Shown: positions 1 through 12,680 of the stretch, one piece after another
Numbering within the stretch: position 1 is the first letter of the stretch
Layout of the letters: every line of letters starts with the position of its first letter
DNA from: Octopus vulgaris
Lineage: Eukaryota
Direction of reading: 5' to 3'
DNA length: 64,000 nt
Assembly (NCBI GenBank): GCA_951406725.2
Contig: OX597816.1
Coordinates: 168,764,001-168,828,000 of the forward strand
Position numbers and translations under genes: made by a program
Notes under the pieces: model-generated
The model's database searches: none
What the model saw: only the letters and a program-made list of their open reading frames with translations
What the model was told of the DNA's origin: nothing

Positions 1-136
1 ACACCAACATCTCAGGCAATAACAAATAATATCGTATTTATTGTCTGTGTAAATTATAGAATATAAAACAACTTTGATAAAAAATTATATCTACTTTTCG
101 ACTAAAACAATGCCGTTCTGAACATTTTGGCCGCAA

Positions 137-190
<54 letters not shown>

Positions 191-698
191 ATAAATACAT
201 GTGTGTGTGTGTGTTTGTCCCCCTGCCATCTCTTCAGTAAAAGAGACCGATAGAATAAGTACTAGGCTTACAAAGAATAAGTCCTGGGGTTGATTTGTTC
301 AACTAAGGTGGTGCTCCAACATGGCAGCAGTCAAATGACTGAAACAAATAAAAGAGTAAAAGAGAGTATACATATATATATATATATAAATATATGATGC
401 AATACCAGGCAGTGGCTCTCATGGCTTCTGATCTAAGCTGACTGGAAGTGTTATCATGTACATTGTTTTGTCTTGGTATAAAAGATAGGCTACACTAAAT
501 ATTCTGCTCAATACCACAGATTTGCTTGTCAGTTGCTTGCCCATAACCAATTAAGCATGTCTTTTAGAGGGTCATGATATGTGCATCTCTGATCACGAGC
601 AGGAGTAGTGGGGGAACACTATAGCCATGTGTTGAAAGGAATTTGGTGGTGGGGGTTAGAATAATTGAAGAGAACAAAAAAAAATAACTCAGTTGATA

Positions 699-1002
699 TC
701 TTTATATATAAAATTGAAGTTGTGTGTGTGAGACTCTGTCTCCTCTGATTTAGATTCCTTACTCCCACATTTTGCTGTGCAGTTTAACCAAAAGCGGGTA
801 TCTTATAGTCGTCATTCATATCGAGCTCGTCTGGATATTAGCATGCGTCTACGATGAGTCTACGATTTAAAAAAAAATTTACCATCATTTTTACGCATTT
901 TTAATGATTTTTGCTCGGGTTATATAAGGGAAGTAACTCTCTAAAAATGTTTATATAGTTATTTCCCTTACAAACCCGAGCAACGCTGGGCAATACTGCT
1001 AG
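699..1002 (+). mobile_element. Non-autonomous Helitron, family A copy 1
   Basis: A|TCTTTATATATAAAA ... subterminal hairpin CCCGAGCAACGCTGGG ... CTAG|T; inserted between A and T with no TSD. Confidence 0.85.
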
Positions 1003-1079
1003 TACATTTATAAATGAATTTTATTAATTAACCATTCGTCTAAATAAACAATATTAATAAAGTTCAAAGAAAAACTTAC

Positions 1080-1250
1080 AGGTGTAATGAGTCCTGCTAC
1101 ACCAATTGGCTCTTTCAGTAAAAGGATTCGTCGATCAGTGGCTGTGGGTGGTGCTATATCTCCGTACACACGCTTTGCTTCTTCAGCAAACCACTCAAAG
1201 AAACTTGCTCCATAAGTCACTTCAGTAGCAGCATCTGACAAAGTCTTTCC
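1080..1250 (-). CDS. ALDH5A1: SSADH coding exon 4; the gene continues beyond the left edge
   Basis: acag|GGA...CCT|GTAAGT; 171 nt encoding [57 protein letters not shown]. '[13 protein letters not shown]' is characteristic of SSADH/GabD, and the exon ends just before the ALDH 'WNFP' motif. Confidence 0.95.
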
Positions 1251-1459
1251 CTGTCAGATTGAAGAAATCAATGCAAACACTGTTTTTCTACAATAATTAT
1301 ATTTAGTCACTAATAAATTATGCTCCACTCATCCAAGTCTTAAAAAGGTATTACATTAAAAAAGTATTACATATTTCTATTAATAAGCACTTAGTATCGA
1401 CGTTTATATATTTGTTGTGCAAGATTTTTTATGTGAAGTCGTGTGTTGAAACAGACATT

Positions 1460-1719
1460 GTTGTATTTCGGAATGGTCATTTTGCCAGTTTAGCCAATAA
1501 AAACACACGCACTATATATTTGTTGTTACTTTGCTTCAGTGTTATTTATTTTTTTACATTAATCTTAATCTTATTTCGGCCAGAGTTCTTTCGTCACACT
1601 CCTGTGACCACATCAGTGGTCCTTTGTTTTCTTCTTTCTCTGAAGCAAAGTAATACCAAATATATAGTGCGTATGTTTTTATTGGCTAAACTGGCAAAAT
1701 GACCATTCCGAAATACAAC
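1460..1719. repeat. 80-bp inverted repeat (1460-1539 / 1640-1719) around a hammerhead-like spacer; probable Penelope-derived insertion
   Basis: The arms are reverse complements with 3 mismatches, separated by a 100-bp spacer. Confidence 0.85.
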
Positions 1720-1883
1720 TTAGTATTGAATGTTCATAAAAATAGATGAATACTTCTGAAGAATTTTGGTCCTTAAGAATCATGAGCACTTGTAACAGCA
1801 TTTTATGTCCTGGGTTAATTTACTTTCTACTGTTCCAGGGTTGATAAATTAAATTAACACAGTCAAGAACTGGGTCAATTTAA

Positions 1884-2179
1884 TCTTTATATATAAAAGT
1901 CAAATTGTGTGTCTGTCTCCTACGATTTAGATTCCTAACTACTCCCACATTTTGCGGTGCAGTTTAACCAAAAGCGGGTATCTTATAGTCGTGATTCATA
2001 TCGAACCCTTCTGGGTATTAGCACGTGTCTATGATGAGTCTACGATTTAAAAAAAATTTACCATCATTTTTTCCTATTTTAAATGCATTTTTGCTATTAT
2101 ATAAGGGAAGTAACTCTCTAAAAATGCTTATATAGTTATTTCCCTTACAAACCCGAGCAACGCCAGGCGATACTGCTAG
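1884..2179 (+). mobile_element. Non-autonomous Helitron, family A copy 2
   Basis: A|TC...CTAG|T; similar along its length to 699-1002. Confidence 0.85.
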
Positions 2180-2742
2180 TATTCTTATAAAGCATGACAG
2201 ATGTGAACTGAAGATTAAGACTTAATTTTCCATCACTGATCTTTTTTTGTTTGATACTTGAAACATCATCATCATCACCATTTAACATTCGTTTTCCATA
2301 TACTACTGTGGATGTATGGGCTAATATTGTTTTGGTTGCACTACATTTAGATGGAATTATCCTGACTGAACTGCCTTCGATCATAGATTTGCTGGATCAG
2401 GGCAGATCTTGGAGATTAAAAAACAACAACATTGATCAGAGTAAGCAGTTGTCGAAAATTTGATGGGTGAACAGTGTTTCATTTCACTAGAATATATTGT
2501 ATTACTGAATATATCTTTAGGTTTCGTAATATGTTCTAGGGTGCATTGTACATTGTATAGTAACTCTTTAAACTACAGGCAAAAATTTAAGGAGAGAGAG
2601 CTAATCGATCTACTCAACCCCAGGTCTGCTTTAGAAGGGGAGATAATCTCAAGATTCAAGAATTCTTTGAAGTTAGATATCTCTTGTTATCCTCTCTTTC
2701 TGGAGGAGGAGGAGGAGGAGGTCAAAGTGTGAAACAACTCAC

Positions 2743-2826
2743 CTGTTCTAATGTCAGTAGTTCAGCGAGCGCAGATTTATTATCTTCCATCAATTGGAAC
2801 CATTTTTTCAAAATTTTACTCCTCTC
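2743..2826 (-). CDS. ALDH5A1: SSADH coding exon 3 (not in the ORF track)
   Basis: acag|GAG...CAG|GTGAGT; 84 nt encoding ERSKILKKWFQLMEDNKSALAELLTLEQ. Matches the SSADH 'ERS..L.KW..LM..N...LA...T.E' segment and, from recall, the 84-nt vertebrate exon. Confidence 0.92.
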
Positions 2827-3099
2827 CTGTTCAGTAAAAAGTTGGAAATAGAAAGTTCAAAATAACTACTTCAGCAATAATACTTCAAAATTTCAATAAA
2901 GTTGATGTACAGATGATTGAAGAAAACATCAAATTCACAGAACGAATTTATTTACCAAAGTCCTGACTTGTTTATTTTCATATGACAATGGTTGCTTAGA
3001 AATATTTTAAAACAATCAATTACCTTTTCTATAGTACATTAAGCTTTTGCATCATTCTTATGAATGCAATATATGCCAACTTTATACCTGTAATTATTC

Positions 3100-3390
3100 A
3101 TCATCATCGTTTAGCGTCCGCTTTCCATGCTAGCATGGGTTGGACGGTTCAACTGGGGTCTGGGAAGCCAGAAGGCTGCACCAGACCCAGTCTGATCTGG
3201 CAATGTTTCTACGGCTGGAAGCCCTTCCTAGCACCAATCACTCTGTGAGTGTTGTGGGTGCTTTTTACATGCCACCGGCACAGGTGCCAGACAAGGCTGG
3301 CAAACGGCCACGATCGGATGGTGCTTTTTACATGCCACCAGCACGGGGGCCAGGCAAGGCTGGCAATGGCCACGATCGGATGGTGCTTTT
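3100..3390 (-). mobile_element. RTE-LINE 3'-tail-type repeat with (GAT)n tail
   Basis: Same sequence as 44930-45285, with internal repeats of GCCGGTGGCACGTAAAAAGCACC. Other copies at about 13244-13460, 21121-21460, 25615-25945, 28310-28665, 36462-36810, 49344-49470 and 50725-50980. Confidence 0.75.
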
Positions 3391-3724
3391 TATTGATTTT
3401 TAAAATACATTTGAATAGGCTAGAAATTAATTTTATGAACATGAAGATCAAAACAAGCAGGTAATACGTGTTTTGTACAGATGATATCCAATTTGAAATT
3501 TTTCAGATCAGCTTTAAGTCAGAGGGCTAATTTCATAGCTTTATGAGAAATGATTAAGAAAACTTTTAGTGCAGATTTTGGTTGGTAAAATATGAATATT
3601 ATGAGAGCTTAGCAATGAGAGAATCAAGATGGAGATGGAGGAAGTGTAGTCAGAAAGCTGAAAAGAGTAGACATCATTGTTATATTGGTAGGAATTACAC
3701 AGAAAATAAAGGCTTAAACATTGA

Positions 3725-4300
3725 TCGGTCTGGAATCCCTATCTTGCCCAGGATATTAATCGTCTGGAAGCCGTTCAGCGACGTGCTACCAAAAGAATAC
3801 CCTCCATCAGACATTTGCCATATCCTGAATGCCTTCCTTCCCTGGGCATGGACACATTGAAACTCCGACGTCTGGCAGCTGACTTGGCAGACACCCATAA
3901 AATTATTAACCATCTTACAAACAATAACTCTGAGCACCTTTTCAAACTCCACCCGTCTAACACCCGTGGACATATTTACAAAGTCAGAAAACAGCACAGC
4001 TCCCATGACTTTAGGAAACATTTTTTCACGCTGAGAGTTGCTGAAGCATGGAACAAACTGCCGGCATCAGTTGTTAGTTGTCGGAGCACTGCATCCTTCA
4101 AAACTTCCATGCTTTCTGAGATTCGCCAACACTACACCTGATTTTCTCCCCTCCATACACACACAAGCATGTATCTGACTCATACATTGTTCGCTTTCCA
4201 GATATTTGTACATTACTGCATATACTTTATACGCACTTTCTGACAAGTTGTGGTGCACCTGAGCACTGTATACAATAATTTCATTATTATTATTATTATT
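3725..4300 (+). mobile_element. CR1-like LINE 3' fragment
   Basis: LKLRRLAADL..THKII...TRGH..K...FRKHFFTLRVAEAWNKLP is typical of a CR1 ORF2 C-terminus; ends in (ATT)n. Left edge approximate. Confidence 0.8.
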
Positions 4301-4791
4301 AGAGAATTATATAACGCAAGTAAGTCACAGTAGGATTTGAAATTAAAATGAAAAGAACCAGAAGAAATACTTTAAGACATTCTATCCAATGCTCTAACAA
4401 TTCTGCCATTTCACCACCCTAAACTGGTATTGTATTTTATTCACCCCCGGAAGGATGAAAGACATAGCTGACCTCAGCAGGAGTTGAAATGCAAGGAACC
4501 AAAACGAACAGTGTGGAGTATATTGGTGGGCACAAAAATACCTCAAAAACATAATCTGCATTGGAGGATACCATTGTATACAACATCGGCAGATACAGAA
4601 GAGTAGTATATTGTGAATTTTGTAGCCAGAATACAACATCAGACATGATACCATTTATAAGATTATGAGTTAATAAATCTCAAATAATAATTTTTGTAGG
4701 GTTTTTTAAAAAATTTATCGAGGTCAACAAGGGTCTAGAAAAGTAAAGTATAATGTGGAACAATCAGTATTTGGCCAAGAATATATACCTC

Positions 4792-5068
4792 TGTGGGATG
4801 ACGTCAGCAGCTGGGTGCGCTGACCGGAAGTTGGGGCAACCGGAAGGGGCAGCCGTGAGGTGCGCGCAGGGAGCGGCGATTTCGGCCTTTCGAACCAGGG
4901 TCGTCGACATGTCAAGACGGGGGAAGACGTTGCTAAGGTTGGGTGAAGCAGCTGCTATCTTTAGCATTTGGGTCGGGGCTGTGTCGAAGGATCTGTTACC
5001 ACTGAAGGGTCTCCATCGGAGCGAAGAGAAGGTAGGTGCTTTTATATTCGAATCGCGCACACACTACA
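4792..5068. mobile_element. Solo LTR, 277 bp, young
   Basis: TGT...ACA termini flanked by a perfect 5-bp TSD ACCTC (4787-4791, 5069-5073); GC/CpG-rich island in an AT-rich intron. Confidence 0.8.
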
Positions 5069-5079
5069 ACCTCAACACA

Positions 5080-5395
5080 GTGAAAGCATATGGCTTAGTG
5101 GTTAGGGTATTTAACCCAAGAATGTAAGGTCCTGAGTTCGATTCCCAGCTGCGTGTTGAGTCCTTGAGCAAGACACTCTATTTCAGGTTGCTCCAGTCCA
5201 CTCAGCTGTCAAAAATGAGTAGCAGTGGTATTTCAAAGGGCTAGCTTTATCACAATCAGTGTCATGCTGAATCTCCCTCAGAACTATGTTAAGAGCACGC
5301 ATGTCTGTGGTATATTCAGACATTTGCATGTTATTTTCACGAGCAGGCTGTTCCATTGACTGGATCGACAAGGACACTCGTCATTATAACTGACC
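5080..5395 (+). mobile_element. tRNA-derived SINE (family C), CpG-decayed
   Basis: A-box TGGCTTAGTGG and B-box GAGTTCGATTCC; homologous to 48650-48945 (+) and 51541-51790 (-). Confidence 0.75.
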
Positions 5396-5520
5396 GAATA
5401 CCAGCTATTAGTTACCTCAACACAGATGACAAGATATTTAGCCAATAGGCCAACATCTTGCCTACAGAGCCTGCCAAAAGAACCCATCAACTACATCTAA
5501 CATGATAGAAGTACACAATA

Positions 5521-5749
5521 TTAACCCTTTCATTTACAACCCGGCTGAAACCGGCTCTGGCTCTGTAGCACAAATGTCTTGTTTTCAAAAATTCTAAATT
5601 AAAATCTTCCACCAAACTTTAGTGACAATTAATGTTCCTAACACTAGCTTAATAATAACTAAATTATTTTACTAAATTCTTTGTTATATTTGAAGTAATT
5701 GAAAGAAACACAGAGCATCTCAAAATAAATATGGTAATGAAAGGGTTAA
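5521..5749 (+). mobile_element. TTAA-flanked MITE (piggyBac-like termini)
   Basis: TTAA-CCCTTT...AAAGGG-TTAA; internal sequence shared with the other copies. Confidence 0.8.
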
Positions 5750-5869
5750 GTAAAAATTATAACATTAATTTCTGTTTTGAATATGACTTAAAAGCTAACA
5801 ATAGCTAATGTTTCAAAGTAAACAAACTGGTAAAACTTCCTTATCAGCGTACAGAGAAAATAGTCTTAC

Positions 5870-5991
5870 ACGTGCTGTTGTTTTCTTCCATGTATAGAAT
5901 GCTTTATGAGCAGCATCAATAGCTTTCTGGGTGTCTTCAGGTCCAATATCAGGAACTTCTCCGATAACATCTCCATTTGCAGGATTGGTCA
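5870..5991 (-). CDS. ALDH5A1: SSADH coding exon 2
   Basis: ttttttaatgtag|TG completes G|TG = Val; encodes VTNPANGDVIGEVPDIGPEDTQKAIDAAHKAFYTWKKTTAR; donor CGT|GTAAGA; 122 nt restores phase 0. Confidence 0.92.
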
Positions 5992-6248
5992 CTACATTAA
6001 AAAACAACTGCATTTGTTGAGAACACAAAATGAAATAATACATTATATGATTAAATTCACAATACCTTATACTTTCAATAACCTCCATTACAGCATCAAA
6101 TTTCCAATTAAGGTACTTAACAGTGGATAATTCACCAGCTTGCTCAACTTCTTCATACCCTTCACTTCAGCATTGTGAAACTTCAGTATGAAAAGCCAGT
6201 AAAGAATGATATTTCTTCTTTCACATACAATCATCTCTTGTGTGATAT

Positions 6249-6477
6249 TTAACCCTTTTGTTACCAACCCAGCCAAAACCGGCTCTGGCTCTGTAGTACA
6301 AATGTCTTGTTTTCATAAGTTTTGCATCAAAATATACCACCAAACCTTAGTCACAATTTATGTTCATAACACTAGCTGAATGATAACAATGTTATTTTAC
6401 TAAATTCTTTGTTATATTTAAAGTAATTGAAAGAAACACAGAGCATCTCAAAATAAATACAGTAACGAAAGGGTTAA
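6249..6477 (+). mobile_element. TTAA-flanked MITE, same family
   Basis: TTAACCCTTTTGTTAC...GTAACGAAAGGGTTAA. Confidence 0.8.
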
Positions 6478-8112
6478 ACTGTGATACAGATCAATGCTAT
6501 TCTTAAATGAAAGAAAAAACGGAAGGAGACATAGGTGGGCTTGGGAATAAATGAACAGATTCATAAGAAATTGGGGCATACGTTCATAGCTTGCAGAACA
6601 GAGATTCCTTAAGATAATCTGCTTTGCTTTGTATTTTTGAGTGTCATTTGAACCATAGTCTTGGAGAAAAACAAATAATAAGAGTTAATCAGTGGAGCAG
6701 CTGAATGACTAAAAGTGATGGGCTATTGGGTTTAAGAAATTCTTTGATGTTGTTACAAACATCCAGTGGATGTTAATAGAACTGGTCACCCAACTTGTGA
6801 CCCATCTCACAAAGTTTGCTGCTATGCAGTATAGTAAGTCAGAGAAATATATTGAAGTAGTCAGTAATGTTATTTATGAACCTGGTTTGTAGAAGAAAAG
6901 TTTAGGAGATGAAAATAAAAGTATGATGTCGGGGGCTGGAGCAAATAGAGTTTCCATGTTGAGTGTAACTAGGGACTAGGAAACTCCTGACCAAATCTAG
7001 AACCCCTATGCTTTCCCAAACTTTGGAAGTGCCAAATGTGTTGGTATTTCACAGAGAAGAAAGTAAATTCCCTTAATTTTTCTTCTATATTTGATATTTG
7101 TGTAGGTATGTATATTTTTGTGTATGTATAAGTATGTATATATGTGTGTGTGTGTGTGTGTGTCTGTGCGTATGTGCATATATATTTTCATATATATGAA
7201 TGTAAGTGTGTGTACAATGTTTTTGCAGAATAATTAGTACATATGAATATAAAGGTTTGTATAATTAACATTTGGATAGTATATATAATGCTAGCAAATG
7301 ACCCCTGTCCATTGGATGGAGTAAGTTTGTGATAAAACTGGAGTCTAAAATGGTGTAATTTCACTTCTGTCTATGCTTAAAATTGAGAATTATTTGACAT
7401 AGTTGAGACGTTAAATCAAAAATAAGTGGTATTCAAGAAGGAACATGTTTTATTTGCAAATATTGGGTATTAAAATGTGAAAATATGGAAAATTATCATT
7501 TGGAATGCTGTTTGCTTGACTGGATCACTGAAGAATCGGTACAAAAAGCATACACGACATTTCTATGGACATGAAGGCAATCTGTAAGAAATATGTTTAA
7601 TTGCAATATGAAATTATCTGAGGCATCTGGGAAGCTGTGCATTGAAATGAAAAAATGCTTGACTTTAACAACGGGCATTTGTTGGAAGATTAACATAACT
7701 ATCGTGAGGAGTAAATAAGTGCAATAAGGGCCAAAATGAAGAGGATTTCAACTCAATGGAAAAACCATTGGAGGGCTGCCTTGTAAACCACGTTTTTTGT
7801 CACTCTTTCAGGAGCGTAGTAGAAGAGATTGGCCTAGTTTCCAACTCTGGAACACCCCATGTACAGCTGTCCATGTGAAGAGCATGGTGTTTTGAGGGCC
7901 AGCCCAACCACTTTTAGTGACTGACCCTGGGCTTTGTTATTGGTCATAGCAAAGCTTAATTGAAAGGGGAATTGGACTCTTGTCATCAGAAAGACACAGT
8001 CAGTCGGAATGAGTGGAACTTGGGAATAAAAGCAGACTCACCAGCGCCTTTTCCTGTGATGATTGTGGCTTCAAGAATATTATTCAACATTATTATCCAA
8101 GAATATTATCCA

Positions 8113-8345
8113 AGGCGGTGAGCTGGCAGAGATGTTAGCACACCGGGCGAAGTGCTTCACGGTATTTCGCCCGTCGCTATGTTCTGAGTTCAAATTCTGC
8201 CGAGGTTGACTTTACCTTTCATCCTTTCGGGGTCGATAAATTAAGTACCAGTTATGCACTGGGGTCGATGTAATCGACTTGATCCGTTTGTCTGTCCTTG
8301 TTTGTCCCCTCTATATTTTGCCCCTTGTGGGTAATAAAGAAACAA
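8113..8345 (+). mobile_element. tRNA-derived SINE (family D) nested in the Helitron
   Basis: GGCGGTGAGCTGGCAGA..TTAGCA head and GAGTTCAAATTC B-box, flanked by an AATATTATCCAA duplication. Relatives at 14270-14500 (+), 13467-13700 (-) and about 4390-4510 (-). Confidence 0.75.
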
Positions 8346-8739
8346 ATATTATCCAACATTTGCTTAACAGTTAAACATGTGCCATTGCAAAGCCAAGGAG
8401 GCTCCAAATTCCTCAAGTGTATAACAGAACAACCAAGTTTAAGGCTAAGTTTATGCAGTGGCAATCCCGATGGTTCTTGTGAGTTTAAAAACTCTGTTGG
8501 AAAAAACGTTACTTGTGTTGGATCAGTAACTGAATCAACCGAAGAGCATCACTCTTGGGTAGGAAGTTGACGAAGCAGACATGTGTTTAGGGCTTGGGTA
8601 AGTGGCATCTGTTGGAGCTAGGATGGCTTTTTCACACATCTATTCATGATTGATGTAATTGGTGGAGAGGTTTATAGTTGGAGCACAGGTCTTGTAGTGT
8701 TGTGTCAATTGCATTAAGAGCATTCTTATGGCACATTGT

Positions 8740-9052
8740 TGTTGTTGTTTGTTCCTTCTCAAGCCATGCCTGGCTCATAAGGGCCGGTTTCCCGGTTTCT
8801 TGGCATATAGGTTCCCCACCTGGACGGGACGCCGGTCCGTCACAGATGAGCTGCAAGATGCAGGAGGAAAGAGTGAGAGAAAGTTGTGGCGAAAGAGTCA
8901 GCAGAAGTTTCGCCATTACCTTCTGCCGGAGCCGCATGGAGTTTAGGTGTTTTCGCTCATAAACACACACACATCGTCCGGTCTGAGATTCGAACCTGCG
9001 ATCCCTCGACCGCGAGTCCGCTGCTCTAACCACTAGGCCATGTGCCTCCACT
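8740..9052 (-). mobile_element. tRNA-derived SINE (family B) nested in the Helitron
   Basis: Head GGAGGCACATGGCCTAGTGGTTAGAGCAGCGGACTCGCGG..GGTTCGAATC; flanking ACATTGTTG duplication. Relatives at 27124-27445, 39538-39848 and 51240-51540. Confidence 0.8.
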
Positions 9053-12000
9053 ACATTGTTGCCTCGTCCCAGACAATCAATTTGCATTTTTGAAAGACAA
9101 CTGCCTCATCAGAATTCTTGTTTATATTGGTGGTAGGATTTTCAACATGGCTGATGTTAAGGGGAAGCTTAAATGTTGAATGGACTGTTTGGCCACCGTC
9201 TAGCAGTGTGGATGCTATTCCTGCAGACACCATTGCAATGGCAATCTGTCAACTTTGGCAACCTTTGGCAAGGAGAAATGTCTTTCCTGTGCCACCTGGT
9301 GCATCAAGGAAGAGGATGCCACCAGTGGTCTCTTCAAACATTTTCAAAACAGAATTATAGACAACAGCTTGTGCAAGATTCAAAAGTTTTTCTCTTTCTT
9401 CAACGTAGAAAAGAAGCCCGGCAGTGTTGTAGTATGTCTCCCTTAGTAAGTTCTAGTTTCAAAGTGCCTCATTTTCTCTGTAAGGGTATTCGACACAGTA
9501 GTTGTTCGAGGGATGACTACCCATTTCCAAAATGGTATCTTCTAGGAGTATGAGGCCACAGTTGAACATTGCAAGTGTAAACTGTAAAATGATGTCTGTT
9601 GATACATAGTGAGATTGCATAAGGATGTCCAAACGTATGCTGTAGCAATATTTCTCCCAGAAAGATTGTGGATTCGCAAGACTGCAGTACACCAGCATAA
9701 TGGTGAAAAGCAATGGGGGACTGCAACATCGATGCTTCTTGGCGGGTGTGGTCATAGTGGTTATCATCACCAAAAAGACTTAATTCAGGGCAAGCCTCTT
9801 TGCAGTTGGAACAAATATGGCCATTAATAGTACAAAGGTGTTGAAAGGAAGTTGGACCTTTGACAACATGCAACAGAAGATGCAGGTGAAAGCATTCTGA
9901 GTTAAGCAGGTGAACTGAGTACACTCTTGAGAGGGCATCAGATTCATGCACCGAAGCATCCCTTTCTGAAATGCACCCTCACTTTCTCTTTTGCCAACAG
10001 CAGGAAGGTTTATTCCACATGTAGAATATAGGCAACTCTGCATAAAGAAGTCTTTTGGCAAAAAAGTCTGAAGTGCAAAGTTCAAAGAACCAAGTCAGGG
10101 TTGTTCTTAAAGGTTGTTTTGCACAGTCAAATATATTTTCTTAATTAAAATACACCTGTTGCCCATTCTAAGATGAATACCTGCAGTTTCATGTTCATGG
10201 ATTGGAAAGCCGAATATGGCCAAAATGCCTCGTTAGTAGAGATATAGTGTCCAGTTTGGAAAAATGAGACGTAATCTGTGGCAGCATCAGGATCGTCAGC
10301 CTTAGCCAACTCAATAACTACTCGATTGGCTCCCTTATGTACATACATGCAGATGTATTGAATCGATTTCACAGAGTTGCAGAATTCAACATTAATGTGG
10401 GTCGTAAACATTTTAAAATGTTACCTTGTTATGTGGTACCACCCATCTGTTGTTGACATTCAATTCTTGACCATCAACCGTTTTTATTGCTGCCATATGT
10501 CTACCCACCTGTGGTGCCCTGCAACAGTATAAAGGATAGCCATCATCACCAGTGTGGGTGTCATGAATTAGTTTATGAGGGTAACGCTTTGTACACCTCC
10601 CATTGTCCATACATGCAGACCTTGGATTTAGGTGGGCCATGGATCATGGTGGTTTTTATGATTTCAAAAAGGACTGGGTCTTCTTGGGGATTTGGCAGTT
10701 CTGCACTGATAACGTTGTTGATATCCATTGACATGAGTTTGTTTTGAAATCAGAGGAAGATATGGATATGAGGGAGTCCTCTTGTCTGCCATTCTATGGT
10801 GTACATGAAGCATCTTAATGGTCCAAAAATATATCCATGTTTTATAATGTCCATCATTTTCATAAGCTTCAGATGAAACACTCTAGATGTGATATCATGC
10901 CTATCTGGAGGATTTTTGGCCATGAAGTAAGAGAGAGAGAGGATGTCAACCCATTTTGGATTACAAGTGAAGGTGATGAAAAAATGTGGACAGCCATAGT
11001 GGTGGACATAAGTGAGAGCATCCTGCATGTACCGGGGGCCTCCAGTGTATGGGAGGATGACAGAACGTACAATATTCGAAGCAACAACCTGATCATTTCG
11101 GTTCATTTCATCATGAAGATTGTCATATTCTTCTGCACGCAATTCCTTTTGATGCTGTCTTACCCGTTTGGTGTCAATCTGGAAAGGGAAGAAATGTGTG
11201 GAGTAAATAGTTAGTGACCTGGCTAAGGAAACGTTTTGAAAGAAATCATAAAATAAGAAATATCTACCTTAGTAAATACATCTGCACAGTTTTGATTGAG
11301 GAGCATCTGTGTTCTATGAAGAACGTTGATGTCATTGTTGTGAACCATAAGCCAAAATGCATAAAATTCCATTTGTGAAATGGTTTTTCATGGTTGAAGA
11401 TGCATTACCACTTCCAGATTAAACTTTGGCAAGTCAATGCAGTAGCCATCATCACCATAATGGATATTGGAGGGCATCATACACAGGATTAATTTCACTT
11501 ATTTTTTGAAGACGCTAGTCTTGCTATTCAAGAACAATATCACAGTTTGAAGCACACTCATTGAAACTTGCTATAAGCACTGCAACTGCGTCGGTTTGGT
11601 GTTTGCTAAAGCAACCCTGACGCTGCCCTTGTGGAGCACGGTCACCTCAAATGACAACCTTAAACTAATTGGTGTTAGCATCTCTGACATGAAGAGCAGT
11701 TTTGAAAATGGTTACGTAGGGGTTGATGGTATGAATCATATATTGAAGAGGCTGCAGAAGTGATGGTCTTGTTCCTGTAGCAACTGAAGTGTTTCATGCA
11801 ATTTCCTCAGGTCCATTCTCCATAAAGCAAATCTGGGAGAAAGCTGTGTTCATCACCATCATGTGGAATAAGGGAGCCAATTTGGTGGTAAATTTGGCCT
11901 TGTACTTTGAAGGTGGGCATATATTTCCCATCTTTTATTGGTGAATGACCAAAGCTTGTCATTTGGAAAGTGGAACTGTAGGCTCTTATATTCCGAAGAA

Positions 12001-12345
12001 AGTGTTTAGAATCTGGATGGTCTTCAAACAGCAGGAACTTCAAAGGTTCAGCACTGACTTGTAAATGAGGCAAGCTAACCATTCCACTGGAGCAGCATAT
12101 ACCGGTAGATTCTGCTGGTCACTTCATTGCATTACAATGGACACAAACAGTAGACATTTGCCAATGATGATATGTGGATGTGATGTGTAGTCCTCATGGG
12201 GGCTGTAATGAAAGGCCTTGTTAGACCAGCAACAGGAAGAAACCCTCGAAAAGACATGAGAACGCATTTTACATTGAGAATCAGCCTTAAGCCTTGTGGC
12301 CCTTTGTTAAACAGTCTCTAAAGCACAGCCATTTGAAGTAGAGGC

Positions 12346-12680
12346 ATCATCATTCATCATTGTTTGACCGTGGTCGAGACAATGGAATTTACCATGCTAC
12401 GCCAGACTTCACGGTCCATCATGGCATTACGGAGGTCCTGTTGCTGGATGCCTGTATCCCAGGAGATTACATCAGGGTAGGAGAGTGTGCACCCTCTGGC
12501 ATTGCGAGTAGATGGCTTCCAGAGGAGGAGAGTAGAAATTACCTCTTTTTCAGCTCTACAACAATGTCCAGCAAACTGGACTCTCCTATCTTTCACAAGA
12601 ATTGATACAGGTGGTAGTTTCCCATATATTTGCATTTTGGTTGGACGGCGCTTCCACGAGAGATTTTGAGCTCTCATAAG
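12346..12680 (-). mobile_element. RTE-like LINE 3' fragment nested in the Helitron
   Basis: RRVQFAGHCCR..LLLWKP..AMMDREVWR; near-identical to 40820-41150; (TGA)n tail. Confidence 0.8.

Noticed and set aside
4753-5127. Overlapping 124-aa and 98-aa ORFs in the GC-rich island
   Set aside because: Both run across the LTR boundaries and TSD and have no recognisable domain; better explained by the GC content of a solo LTR.
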